Part shown: in pieces, positions 13,501 to 24,979 of the stretch | How positions within the stretch are numbered: the stretch's first letter is position 1 | Layout of the letters: every line of letters begins with the position of its first letter | Assembly: GCF_947568905.1 (NCBI RefSeq) | Contig: NC_079168.1 | Span: 82,584,001 to 82,648,000, forward strand | Direction of reading: 5' to 3' | Source: Ostrea edulis | Taxonomy: Eukaryota | DNA: 64,000 bases | Notes under the pieces: model-generated | Told to the model about the DNA's origin: nothing | Seen by the model: the letters and a program-made list of their open reading frames with translations, nothing else | The model's database searches: none | Made by a program: the position numbers and the translations under genes

Positions 13501-13601
13501 ATGGTGGAAAACATGGGGAGAAGGAGGTCAATGATGCAGTAACGGAGCAGATTTCGTATGCCAGAAAAAAATTAAAGGGGAAGAAAAAACAAGACAGTTA
13601 A
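10583..13601 (+). CDS. Six-exon 577-aa accessory protein with C-terminal BEN-like domain
   Basis: Exons 10583-10739, 11387-12007, 12140-12264, 12360-12827, 13056-13290, 13474-13601; all GT-AG, phase-compatible, 1734 nt with no internal stop. The C-terminus (LTAKLLPAVFSCEELA...RPVLDVTKMTVLKEYV...VNDAVTEQISYARKK) fits the BEN pattern. Confidence 0.8.
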
Positions 13602-13849
13602 GACAGACAAGTCGATAGCTGAGTGGCTTCAAATTTGTAAATTTGAGTGATTATGAAGTTATTATTTGATTGTTAGTTGTACAACCTCCTTATCTGAAAA
13701 CCTCTATATTTAAATTGTATTAAATTCAAGACTTAATTTTATTAAATTAATTTTTTTTAATTAAATGTAATTGTTTCATAGCAACAATGAGTTTACTTGT
13801 CTATATCCTTGTTATATTGAAAGACGGATTCATTTGCATATTCCGCTTA

Positions 13850-14107
13850 ATGTACGCCTAAGCTTTATGCCATATTCCGTCTAAAATTTAGCAGGATTTT
13901 TAAGCGGAATCTTTAAGCGGAATCTTTAGGCGGGCTAATTTACATATTTCGCCTAAATTTCCGCTTAAATTCCAGCTGGACTCCATCTAATGTCCACTTG
14001 TATTTCGCCTAAGTTAACTATTCATAGTAATGCTGACTTCAGGCAAAATACGCCTTAGTTGTCCGCCTGAAATCCGCCTTTTCTCCGCCTGGAATATTTC
14101 GTACGGG
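13850..14107. repeat. Right subterminal array and TIR of element 2
   Basis: Repeated TTCCGCT, AAGCGGA, AGGCGGG and TCCGCCT motifs ending TTTCGTACGGG. Confidence 0.85.
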
Positions 14108-14550
14108 ATGCTTTCTCTAAGGTCCATATACATGTATCTAAGGATTGTGCCGAATCAAAAGGCTATAGTATATCTAGTCAATTTTTTATATCAGTTATTG
14201 AACAATAGCTTTAAAATACGTTTTGAACACTAAATAGTTTCTCGTACGAGACTTTGTTACGTCATACTATATTAATGACGTTTATAGCAGCTGAAGTATT
14301 GGTTTTATAGAAACATCCATTTTATGTTGATCATTGTAACGCCATTACTGTTGTTGTTGCATAGAGAATTGTTTTCAATTTTAGAAACACCAGGTTTATA
14401 AGCTTTTTTAGAAGCTTAAAAGTGAAATACCAAGATTTTATGAAGTTTTATTCTTGAACATGTGATCAAGTTTGAGCCAACCAGGTAACTCACCAGGGAA
14501 TAATAGTGGGAAAAAAAATAAACCCCTTTATGAACAGCACAAAAACTTAC

Positions 14551-15123
14551 TGTTGGCTGGATTTAATGTCCTGTAGAATAACTTTAGATATGCTCATCAT
14601 TGAAGCATGCTCAGAGGCTCCAAGGTAGTTGGAGTAGACTTCACTATTACGGAATTTGAAAGGAACTCCTACAATAATTAATCATACCACAATAAGGATT
14701 TTTTTTTCTTTTTAGAAAAATAAATCTGGTCAAATTGATTGTACATGTACAATGTCATATTTAGCTATACATGTATATATGTATGTTGGTGTTGGAACTT
14801 TATACAGTTTAAGCAAAAAAAAAATGAACAGCTATTAAATTTAGATACATGTACCTGCTAGTTGCATTTGTGCACAATGCATTGGCAGCCATCTCCTACT
14901 GATATTTGTAGATGTGTCATCAATGAACAAATTCACAGGAATTGACAGTTTCGGAATGCGTTGATTCTGATACGAATTCAGAACCTCAGACTTCTCCTAA
15001 AATAAAAACTATTAGGGTTACTTAGTTGCTTTCATTAAACACAGTCTTTTTCTATACATTGTGTATATAAAACACAGTAAGAATAACAAAAAAAAAAATT
15101 TGTTTAATAGTGAAAATTTCCTC

Positions 15124-15158
<35 letters not shown>

Positions 15159-17242
15159 TCACCTTGGCTCATATTTAAAGATTTTTCCTATTCGTATGTA
15201 AAACTTTGATCCCCTATTGTCGCCTCATCTTACTCCAAGGGGTCATGATTTTAACAAACTTGAATCTGCACTATGTCAGAAAGCTTTCATGTAAGTTTGG
15301 TTATAATTGGCCCAGTGGTTATGGAGAAGAAGTCGAAAATGTAAAAAGTTTACAAACGGACGGACAGACAGACGACGGATAACAGGTGATCAGGAAAGCT
15401 CACCTGAGCTTTCAGCTCAGGTGAGCTAAAAACTGCAAATGGACCTTGTCTAAAAATTATAATCATGAATTGTAAATGGAATCATGATTTACATTTCACT
15501 TGAATGGTTTACAAAACCTTATGCCCAAGATCAAATTCCTTCTGACTACACTATTACACTGTACCTCATCTGATATTTCGACCAGTTTTCCTGATGTTGC
15601 CATTTCCATAATTTTTATGTGATCTGCTGAGTATGCAGACAAACTAGATAATGGAGCAGCACTGCATTTTGTTGTCTTCACCAAGCAGCTGTTGAAAGAA
15701 ATCGACAAAAAATTATGGTTATGGTTATATGAACATAGATGTACTACAAATAGATGGGATACCAAAATACATTTTACCTATGAAGCTTGCATTTATATCA
15801 AACAAAATGACCATTAGCCTAGACTGTCATCTAAGTATTAATCATGTCAATTTTTCAGGCAATGACAACTTTGTTCACACCTTAACTGGAACACTGGTTT
15901 CACATGAATATTTTACGGTTGATGAGGACTCTAAAATCATGATCATATTCATGCATTTTGGCCTCAACAGAAGTTTATAGACTTAATGTCCAAATTTAGT
16001 TAAGAATCATATGTAAGGAAACTCATATGTAAATCATATGAGACATGTATGTGTACTTTAATTATGTAATATGCAGATGCTGGAAATCAAGTATTTCTAT
16101 TCATTCTACGACAGTCGCGATGGCCTAGAGGTTAGAGCGTTCGCCTGCATGCGGAAGATCAGGGCTTGAATCCGAGATACAATCAACCAATCAATAGTTA
16201 AGCCAATATACACATTTCAAATTACAAGGGCATGAATTGGACACTACATTGTACCTTTGATTGTCTTCATTCCTTTCCTGTTTCAATATTTCTAAATCAG
16301 CCAGAATAAAATTTTCCTACAAGAGTAAAAATATGCAAAATAATAAAGTATATGCTGTATTCAGTAAAACTCTGATATAGCGAATTTCTGCAGACACTCT
16401 CTAAAAATTCGCTTTAAGCGTAATTTGCTATACGTTTATACCGAATTCATAATTAAAATATAACGAATTCGTTATAAAACTGATTTGTTCTACATGTATA
16501 TCAGTTGCATAAGAAAACCTAATCTAAAAAATAAGCGAATTTTAACAATGTACCTCTTCACTCTCGTAAAATGATCTTATGATTCCAATAATATGGTCAG
16601 CTGTTGATTCCACAACATTACCCACATGAAAATGAGTATCACCAAATGTTGCCCAAGGGGATACGATTTCATGGAGGCGACTGCCGTCCCTTTGCTCACG
16701 TACAAGACCAGTTTTCCGTGGATACCTTAATGAGAATAATTTAGGGTTAAATTACAATTAAGTCAAACCTCCTTATCTTGAACTCAATCGGACCAAAATT
16801 AAACTTAGGAATATGCGAGGATTCAAGAAAACAAGGTAAAAAAAACATAACAGAAAAAGCGGTTGGTTTGCCAGTTCACGTTGACACATGCATCCCTGAT
16901 ATCAGTTAGTGTTTGAGATAACAAAGATCTGCATCAATTGTATATTACTGAAGTTCATAAAGTGGTGTGGCCTGTGACAGTTAAATAGACCTCAGTTATT
17001 CATGAACCACTTTCACTACATTTGGTTATACTATGGTTTTACCTTTTCATTCTCATTATAAATAAGTGTTCATATTTATACATACCTGGCAATGTTCTTT
17101 GATATTGAAGGATTGCTCAAGTGGAGTTTGGCAATTTCAGTTGGTTTCAGAATGTATAAAGGTAAACCATTGTCATCTTCTCCCTGATATTACAATAAAT
17201 CTGATACAACTTTTTGGCAATGTAAATAAAATATCAGTATTA

Positions 17243-17280
<38 letters not shown>

Positions 17281-17710
17281 TCACCTTGGCCCATATCTGA
17301 AGACTTTCCATATATACCTTGGTCCCTATTATGGCCCAAACTACCCTTTGCAAACTTGAATCTACACTATGTCAGAAAACTTTCATGTAAATGTCAACTT
17401 CTTTGGCCCAATGGTTCTTTTAAAGCTTTTTTCTATATTTGTATGCAAAACTTTCACCCCCCCCCCCACTTGTGGCCCCATCCTACCCCCTGGGGACCAT
17501 GATTTGAACAAACTTGAATCTGCATTATGTCAGGAAGCTTTCAGGTAAATTTCAGCTCTTCTGGCCCAGTGGTTCTTGAGAAGAAGATTTTTAAATGACC
17601 CCACCCTATTTTTGCATTTTTGTGATTATCTCCCCTTTGAAAGGGACATGGTCCTTCATTTGAACAAACTTGAAAGCCCTTCACCCAAGGATGCTTTTGG
17701 CCAAGTTAGT

Positions 17711-17742
<32 letters not shown>

Positions 17743-19854
17743 TCGAAAATGTGAAAAGTTTACAGACAGACGGACAAGACAGACAGACGGACAGACAGAC
17801 AGACGGACGCCGGACAAAATGTGATCAGAATAGCTCACTTGAACCTTCGGTTCAGGTGAGCTAAAAAATTGAAATGTTAAGTTAAGGGTTGGAAATATGG
17901 TTATATTTCCTGACACCTTTCCTATGTAGGAAATATTGGGTAGATAAAAGGTTTTTTTTTCAACATTGAAATACTGTGTAATATATCAGTTGAATAAAAT
18001 CAATAGATATATATTTCATAATGAGAAAAAAAACAACCAAATGTTTTATACTCATAAACATTTTTTATAACTGCAATCTGTAAAAAAAAAAATCTGAATC
18101 TGTCCTCAGCTACTCTTAAAATAAATTCCATATCCAACAACAAAACACTGATTGGATCACCATGACTCCAAGTGTGATGAGTATGCATTTCAAGGGTAGA
18201 TCCATGGGGGTGGGTGGAGGGGGAGGGGTCCAGACATCCGCTAAAGGGGGTCTTTAGCGGACCAAAAAATTAATTTATTCAATTTCAACGAGACTTTTAG
18301 TAAAAATGATATGAAAGGTGGATACTTATATGCAATTACATTATTCAAATTTATCAACACCATGTAGTATATCAGGATAAATGGGACGAAACACTGATAC
18401 ATGTGTATATATTTACGATATTTTATTTTCGTCAGATACAAGTATCATTTAAAAATTCTTAAAAAGTATATGTAATATAATTTTTTTTACCGCAGAGCTT
18501 CTGGGGGCCTATGCAGCCCCCCCCCCCCCCCTCCACCTAATTGCAAGTAACCTTTAAACCAGCTCTTTTTTATCATTGAAAATCGGATGTGAATATGTCC
18601 ATAACAATGACTAGAATTTGGGAAACAGTAAATTTAATGTTAATATGTGCACAATCAAAAGGCGTAAATAGGGTGGGGGTGGAGATTGTGAAACACCTAA
18701 AAGATCAAGTGCTAGACCCCCCTCCCCCTTCACAAATTTCTGGGTCCGCCTTTGCATTTTTACTCATACCAAATGAATGATGAATCTTACCTTAGCTATC
18801 AAGCTGTTTACATCCAAGTCCCCAAATTTCATGTTTCTGATATGATTTAACGATGGTACATTGGGAACACCAACTTCTTTTAAAATGAACCACACATACT
18901 TTGCCACTTCCAAACTCTTTTAAAGAAAACAAAATGGAATTGACAGGAATGACATTTTTCAGATACTGTGGTTATACATTATTTTTACTGTTCAAAAACA
19001 AGTAGAGTTGGGGAATATCACTGATGCAAATTTCAGTATCAATATAAGAATTACTGACTTGGTCATGTATCAAAGCACATTACTAAAACAAATATTTAAT
19101 TAATTCAAATGTCATATATTCATACCTCCCACACACACAAAAAAAATGCATTTTCAGAATTGATGATTAGGGAAATATTTGTGATCAGTTGTTCTAAACA
19201 AAGTATAATTCGATTCGATCTGTTTGTAATGAATGTGAAAATTCTAGTTTGTTTGTTTTTTTTAAATTTGGATTTTAATATAATTTACACATTTTACTTA
19301 CAATGTGATGTGTTGTACTATGAAGCAATCCATATAAAAGAAGACTCAGCTTGTCTGGAAATGGATACCACTTGCTATCATTTGTTTGGTCCTCGTATGT
19401 TTGGCTCTCAGAGTCACTACTGAAGCCTTCATTCTAAAAACAAAGTGTCAATATTTTCCTATCCTTTGTAAACATGAAACTAAACGGTCTAAAATTTACA
19501 CTCAACAACTTCTTGTAAATTAATAAAATTTCTAAATAATGATACAGAATATTCAAAGTACAATACCAATAGATCATAATCCTCTGTCTCCGAGACGGGT
19601 TCAGTCTCCCCATCGGTATCCGAATCGTCATCGTTAATCAACGTTGCGAAACTGTTTTCTAAAATTTCTGCGTCTCGTTGAAAAGAACACGAACTAAACT
19701 TCGTCGTATTGTCGAGATTTTCCTCCTTGTCACAACAGGTGTTCATCAGGCTTTTGAAGCTGTCATTTAATAGGTGTTTTCTTGTAAGATTGTGTCGATT
19801 TAAATGATTTATTTTGTCAAATGACACATCACAGACGTTGCAGCGAAAAGCCAT
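14551..19854 (-). CDS. Nine-exon C2H2-finger + DDE-like (CACTA-related) transposase, C-terminal part not in view
   Basis: Exons 19854-19567, 19433-19302, 18916-18791, 17183-17086, 16725-16554, 16316-16255, 15688-15565, 14996-14855, 14668-14551; all GT-AG and in frame (1262 nt, no stop). Motifs: CNVC..HNLTRKH, WYPFPDK, VPSL, SNP..RYP, LFIDDTSTNISRRW..LAGVP. Confidence 0.75.
15124..15432. mobile_element. Non-autonomous Helentron-associated element (HINE/DINE-1-like)
   Basis: AACAAGAGGCCCATGGGCC hairpin plus GCTCACCTGAG at one end; GACAGACG microsatellite; AGCTCACCTGAGC-TTTCA-GCTCAGGTGAGCT hairpin at the other end. Confidence 0.8.
16113..16185 (+). mobile_element. tRNA-derived SINE head fragment
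   Basis: A-box-like TGGCCTAGAGGTTAGAGCG and degenerate B-box-like GGCTTGAATCC; no complete cloverleaf. Confidence 0.55.
17245..17867. mobile_element. HINE-like element with internal satellite-like monomers
   Basis: Same two terminal hairpins as 15124-15432; repeated AACAAACTTGAA monomers; its first ~270 bp closely match 58622-58921. Confidence 0.8.
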
Positions 19855-19997
19855 CGCGCCAACTGTCAGTGTCAAAATCAATGTTCAGAAAACGCTTTCA
19901 CACTGTTTGCATTACTTGCCATCGGTTCAAGCGCGAAGTTAACCAAGCATATTTTAGCACGCGCTAGCAGACGATCAAAACATAAAGGTTCGCAAAG

Positions 19998-22900
19998 ATG
20001 GAGAGAGACTACTTGGCAGTAAGTATCGCTAAATTTGTTTATATTCAATACACTGACCCATATCTATGAATAAAATGTTTAGATTTTAATGCAATACAAG
20101 TATCTATGCGTGTTTACTCAATGTCTAAGGGCAGTAACTCGAACAAAGATGAGGAGTGGATCTAAGAACTGTCTGATATTTTGGTTTTATCATAAACAAA
20201 CAGGAATCATAAATAAACAATTCATTAACTTTTAATTGACATTCAGTCATTAAGGTGCATATGGTATTTATTCACAGGACTCTCAAGATGACCTATTCGA
20301 AAACTCAGAAGTGGGGCCTCTCCCAAATCTCTCAGATTCTCCACAATTAGCTCGAGTAGTTCCTGAATCACCCCCTGCTCCTCCCACTGTTGACATCCCT
20401 CCACAGGATAAAATTATGGCAGTGTTGTCAGAAATTTGTAAGGAACTTAATTTCTTTCTTTTTTTAATTATTGTAATGATTAACTTATTCATAAGTATCA
20501 ATTTATTCAAAAGTAATATATTATTTTTCAGTAAAAATTGTTTATGTATAAATATTAATGTTTTCTGGGGGGAATAAATAAATAAATAAGTGATTATAAT
20601 ATAATTGATGCTTGTTTGTTTGATACATATTTCTCCTAGAATTAGAATTGAAAGCACAGTTTGACCAAAATCAAAACCTTCATAAATAAGGAATATATTT
20701 AATGTTCTTTTAAGTGAAAGAACAGAAAAAGCTGACAGAGGAGGTTAACAAATTGAGAGGAGAGGTCCAAAGGATTAAGAACAAAGAAGCACTCTCAATG
20801 ACCAAAGTGTCAGTAGAAGGGTCAACTATTGAGGTATGGTGTATTATCATTTGTAATGAAAGTCATATAAGATTAACAGTTAATATGATCCATTTTATAT
20901 TCTAACAGAAAGTGAATTAAATTAATTAAAACCTATGATGAAAACTATTAATTTTAGTAAAAGCATTTATGAATCATTTATTTACAAAAGCCAATAACAT
21001 TTTACTTACCTTATGCTAGTATAAATGCAGGCCAGTAATATATTTATAGCTCACCTGAACTGAAACCTCAAGTGAGCTTTTCTGATCAACCGTCCGTCCA
21101 TCTGTCTAGCTTTCATGGCCCCTGGGGGTCGTATATGGGGTCACAATAGGAGATCAAAGTTTTATATTGAAATATATTGCAATTTTTTTTTAAAAGCTTC
21201 TTTTCAAGATCCACTGGACCAGAAAAGATGAAACTCAGATATGCAAGCTCTCTGAAGTAATTACGTAGTTTGAAAATTGTTCAAATCATGGTCCCTGGGG
21301 GTTGTATGGGGCCACATTAGGGACTTGTGATTTTTTACATCAAAATATATAGGAAAAAAACTTTATAAATCTTCAAATCAAGAACACTGATCCAGAACAG
21401 ATGAAAGTCTTATGTGAAAAATTCTTGACATAGTGTAGCTAATTGTAAATTGATCAAATCATGGCCCCCGGAGGTAGGGTGCGGCCACAATAGGCAATTT
21501 AATTTTTAATTAGCAAAATACAGGGAGAATGTTTAAAACTTCTCTCCTCAAGAGCTGCAAAGCCATGAAAACTTATATTTATGTGAAAGCCTCCACAGCT
21601 GGCATAAATTCAATGAAGTTTGTTGAAATCTTGAACCCCAACGACAGGGTGGGGCCACAATAGATGATAAGAGTTTGACAATGGAATTTATTGGAAAGGG
21701 TTTTGAAAGCTAATTCTCAAGAATAGCAAAGCCATCATTTATCATATTTACATGGAAGCATTAATTGTCAGGAAGTGTAGATTCAATTGTGTTCAAATTA
21801 TGGCCCAGTGGGTTTTAAGGTGGTGCCACAAAATGCAACAGTAAGCATTGTGGTTCATGGGCCTCTTATTTAAAGCCATCATATACCCGTTTTATTTTAT
21901 ATATGCTGTGAATTAATGAATTAATTGTATTTTCACAGAAGGAGTATATAAATTTCCTAAAAGCCAAATTCAGCGTATTTCTGTGGATCAATTTCCAAGA
22001 TCAAGAAATACAGGTTTGTTAGTTGATATATTCTGATGAACAGTGAAAATTGTTAACTGGTTAAATACTTCAAAAGAGGTGCAAAAGTGTTCACCTTGCT
22101 AACAAAATTAAGAATGAGTACCTTAAATTGGGACATATTGTTTTTATTTCAAAAGTGAAAAGTACATTTTTTGCTGTAAGAGGCAACATTTCCAATTTCA
22201 ATTATCAGTTCACCTGAGCCAAAGAGCTTTTCTGTTCGAAGGGTGTCTGGCATCCATCTGTCTGTTTGTCTGTTCGTCTGTAAACTTTTCACATTTTTCA
22301 CTTCTTTTCAAGAACCACTGACCCATTTTTAACCAAACTTGCCAACAAGCATCCTTGTGTGAAGTGGATTTCAGTTTCTTCAAATGAAGGACCATGCACC
22401 CTCTTCCAAGGGTTGATTTTTGTTGAATTAAAGAAAATTGAATTGCATTTTTCATAACATCTACTCAAGAACCACCGGACCAGAAAAGATCAAACTTCTG
22501 TAAAAGCTTCAATACATTAGTGTAGATTCAAGTTGTTTAAATCATGATTCCCGGGGCTAAGGCAGGGTCACAATAGGCAAATAAAGTTTTATATAGGAAT
22601 ATAACGGAAAAATCTTTACAACTCTTCTTCTCAAGAAGTGCAAAGCCAAGATCATAGTGGTCATGTAACGTGTTCAAACATTTAATTTATACCTTTGATG
22701 TTTAAATAAATAAATCATTTAAGTATTATTTCACACTGAAACATTATTCGGATGTAAATGTGTGTTGATAAATGATGTAATCTATCATAATGCCCTTTAT
22801 GGGATTTTGATGATGTGACCAACTCATATTTTTACATCCCAATAAAAGTTTTGAAATGATACCTTATTTCGCAATAAAATACTTCTAAGAACTGCATGCA

Positions 22901-24279
22901 TGGTGCAACCAAACTGCATCAGCCAAATTTTACAAAGGTTAATGAAGCTATATTATATTGTTATGCCTGCACTGAGAGGCAAAGACATTGACAAATTAAC
23001 CCCTGTATGTTGTTTTTATTTCAAAAACAGGTATGAATTTTCTAACTGTATGATAACATTTTTTAGGGAATGCTGAAGGACTTTACCAGTAAAGCAGGTT
23101 GGGCAGAAAGAAGTCATGTCCTGGGGGTTTTGTCGAGCTTTGGCTCGACAAAATTTACTTATTACAGGAACCAGACAACAGCAAAGGTAATTAAGAAACC
23201 ATGTGTAGTAAAAGGTGATGTCTTGATTTATTGTAAATGTATTTCATTACAAATTAAGACATAAAACAGTGTTAAACGTTTTAATGTAAAGGAAACTTTT
23301 TTCAGTGGGGTGTACTATTAAATACACATAATTCATGGAAATAATTTGATATTTGATTAATTGTATATTATGTTATTTGAAATATCTAGTTAAAAGTATA
23401 CATATGCTTGAAGTCATTATTCCTTTTTGTAGTTAATGGGCAACAAGGAGATTGATGTGGAGGGACTTTCTTTAAAGTCCCTCCACAACTACCTGTGGAA
23501 GTGTTTTTTGCCACCAGCAATTCCACTTGTGGACATAGAGAGGGAACGCTTGACCTTATTGCTGGTAATTAATTTCATGCAATATTGTTTGTTTTACCAT
23601 TTTCAACCACATTAGTTATACAGTATTTTTCTAAATGCTCTATATATTAAGATAAAGATTTTGTTTATACCACATTTGCCTAGCAATAATTTATAGATTC
23701 ATAAATTTGATATGTGAAAGAAATATTTAATTCTCTTTCTCTTGCCTGCATGGGAATCAAATTTTTGTCTCATGTAAATTCAGAAATTAAAGTAGACTTT
23801 AAAAATTCTAAACACTTTCATTTTAATTGCAATGAGACGTACTACATTGTACTACAATCTGAAGTTTATTTATTTAAAAAAAAAAAATAAGAAATGGAAA
23901 TGGCATGCATTTACTCGTTGTCACATGTCGCGGTCAATATGTACCATCCTCTCCCATTCTGGAAAGAGCTATGAGCGAACTCCAGATTTTGGCTTGATAC
24001 AATAGCATTTCCTTAGAAGGAAATCATTTCACTTTAGCATTGATTCACTTAAAGGCATGCATAATACCTGAAACAATACTTGTACATGTTTATTTCTAAT
24101 TTCCATAGAGATCTTTCTGCGCATCACAGAAATTGTTCCGTAAAGGAGGAACAAGTGGCTTTGCTTTCTGGGCTGAATTCCATAAGTTTGTGGACACCGT
24201 CAACAAGGATGGTAGACTGGACAAGTGGGAGAAATTGGAGGAAAAGAAGGAGAGAAGAATTGAGAAATATTTATCATAA
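19998..24279 (+). CDS. Seven-exon 265-aa protein of unknown function (acidic/Pro-rich region, coiled coil, helical C-terminal domain)
   Basis: Exons 19998-20018, 20278-20437, 20715-20833, 21939-22013, 23067-23186, 23433-23564, 24109-24279; GT-AG, phase-compatible, 798 nt ending in TAA. Confidence 0.7.
21045..21871. mobile_element. HINE-like element (opposite orientation)
   Basis: TAGCTCACCTGAAC-TGAAA-CCTCAAGTGAGC start, CCGTCCGTCC microsatellite, CATGGGCCTCTT end. Confidence 0.7.
22205..22640. mobile_element. HINE-like fragment
   Basis: GTTCACCTGAGCCAAAGAGC start, CTGT microsatellite, satellite-like monomers. Confidence 0.6.
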
Positions 24280-24734
24280 CTTTTTAAATTAAGATTTTAT
24301 AAATTCAAGTTATTGTTTATTGTATATTTGTGTATTTCTTCTTTAAAATCATGTGCAGTTATTGATTTACTTGTTACTTTTAAATATGATATGTTTTTAT
24401 ATGTGTATCAAAGGAACTGAAATTTAGCACAAAATATAAGTATCGACAAGTGCTAATCTTGCTTTGTCTTCTTTTCGGTGAAAATTTCACTTTTTATAAA
24501 TGTGAATCTTTCATTCTGATTTCAAAAGTTATGTAAATATGCACTGTCAAATCTTTTATTTCTGTTCATCGTTGAAGCCGTTCCATATTTATAAGATTGA
24601 GATATTTTAGAGAATATTGAGTAATAATTTTTTTGTACTTTGCATTGGTATTTAATCAAGAAATAGTTGTAGAATGAATAGAAATACTTGATTTCCAGCA
24701 TCTGCATATTACATATTAAAGTACACATACATGT

Positions 24735-24979
24735 CTCATATGATTTACATATGAGTTTCCTTACATATGATTCTCATATAACATATTAGCACAGCATGCA
24801 CACAAAACCTTCATATGTGAATCATATGAAGTCCCTTTCATATGATATACATATGTGAATCATATGTAAATCATATGAAACACATCATATGATTCACATA
24901 TGATGCCCTTTTTTTATGATTCTCATGTGAAGCTAATCATATGATCCACATATGAAAATCATATGTGGATCATATGTGG
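24735..24979. repeat. Dense CATATG palindrome array (presumed subterminal repeats of element 3)
   Basis: More than a dozen CATATG hexamers in ~245 bp, ending CATATGTGG. Confidence 0.85.

Larger units (their letters stand above)
6005..14107 (-). mobile_element. Complete EnSpm/CACTA-type transposon, element 2 (8103 bp)
   Basis: 12-bp TIR CCCGTACGAAAT at 6005-6016, inverted at 14096-14107; AT at 6003-6004 and 14108-14109 (2-bp TSD); subterminal (A/G)GGCGGA/GACGGA arrays at both ends; two intact genes. Confidence 0.92.
14551..24979. mobile_element. Putative DNA transposon, element 3 (head-to-head gene pair; left end not found)
   Basis: Transposase-like gene and divergent gene with ATGs at 19854 and 19998; CATATG array at the right boundary abutting a truncated YqaJ ORF. 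No second terminus or TSD seen. Confidence 0.6.

Noticed and set aside
14240-14251. Palindrome TCTCGTACGAGA resembling the CACTA terminus
   Set aside because: Only a 7-bp core is shared; no subterminal array or partner end.
16113-16185. tRNA gene
   Set aside because: Only a degenerate A/B-box head with no acceptor stem; fits a SINE fragment.
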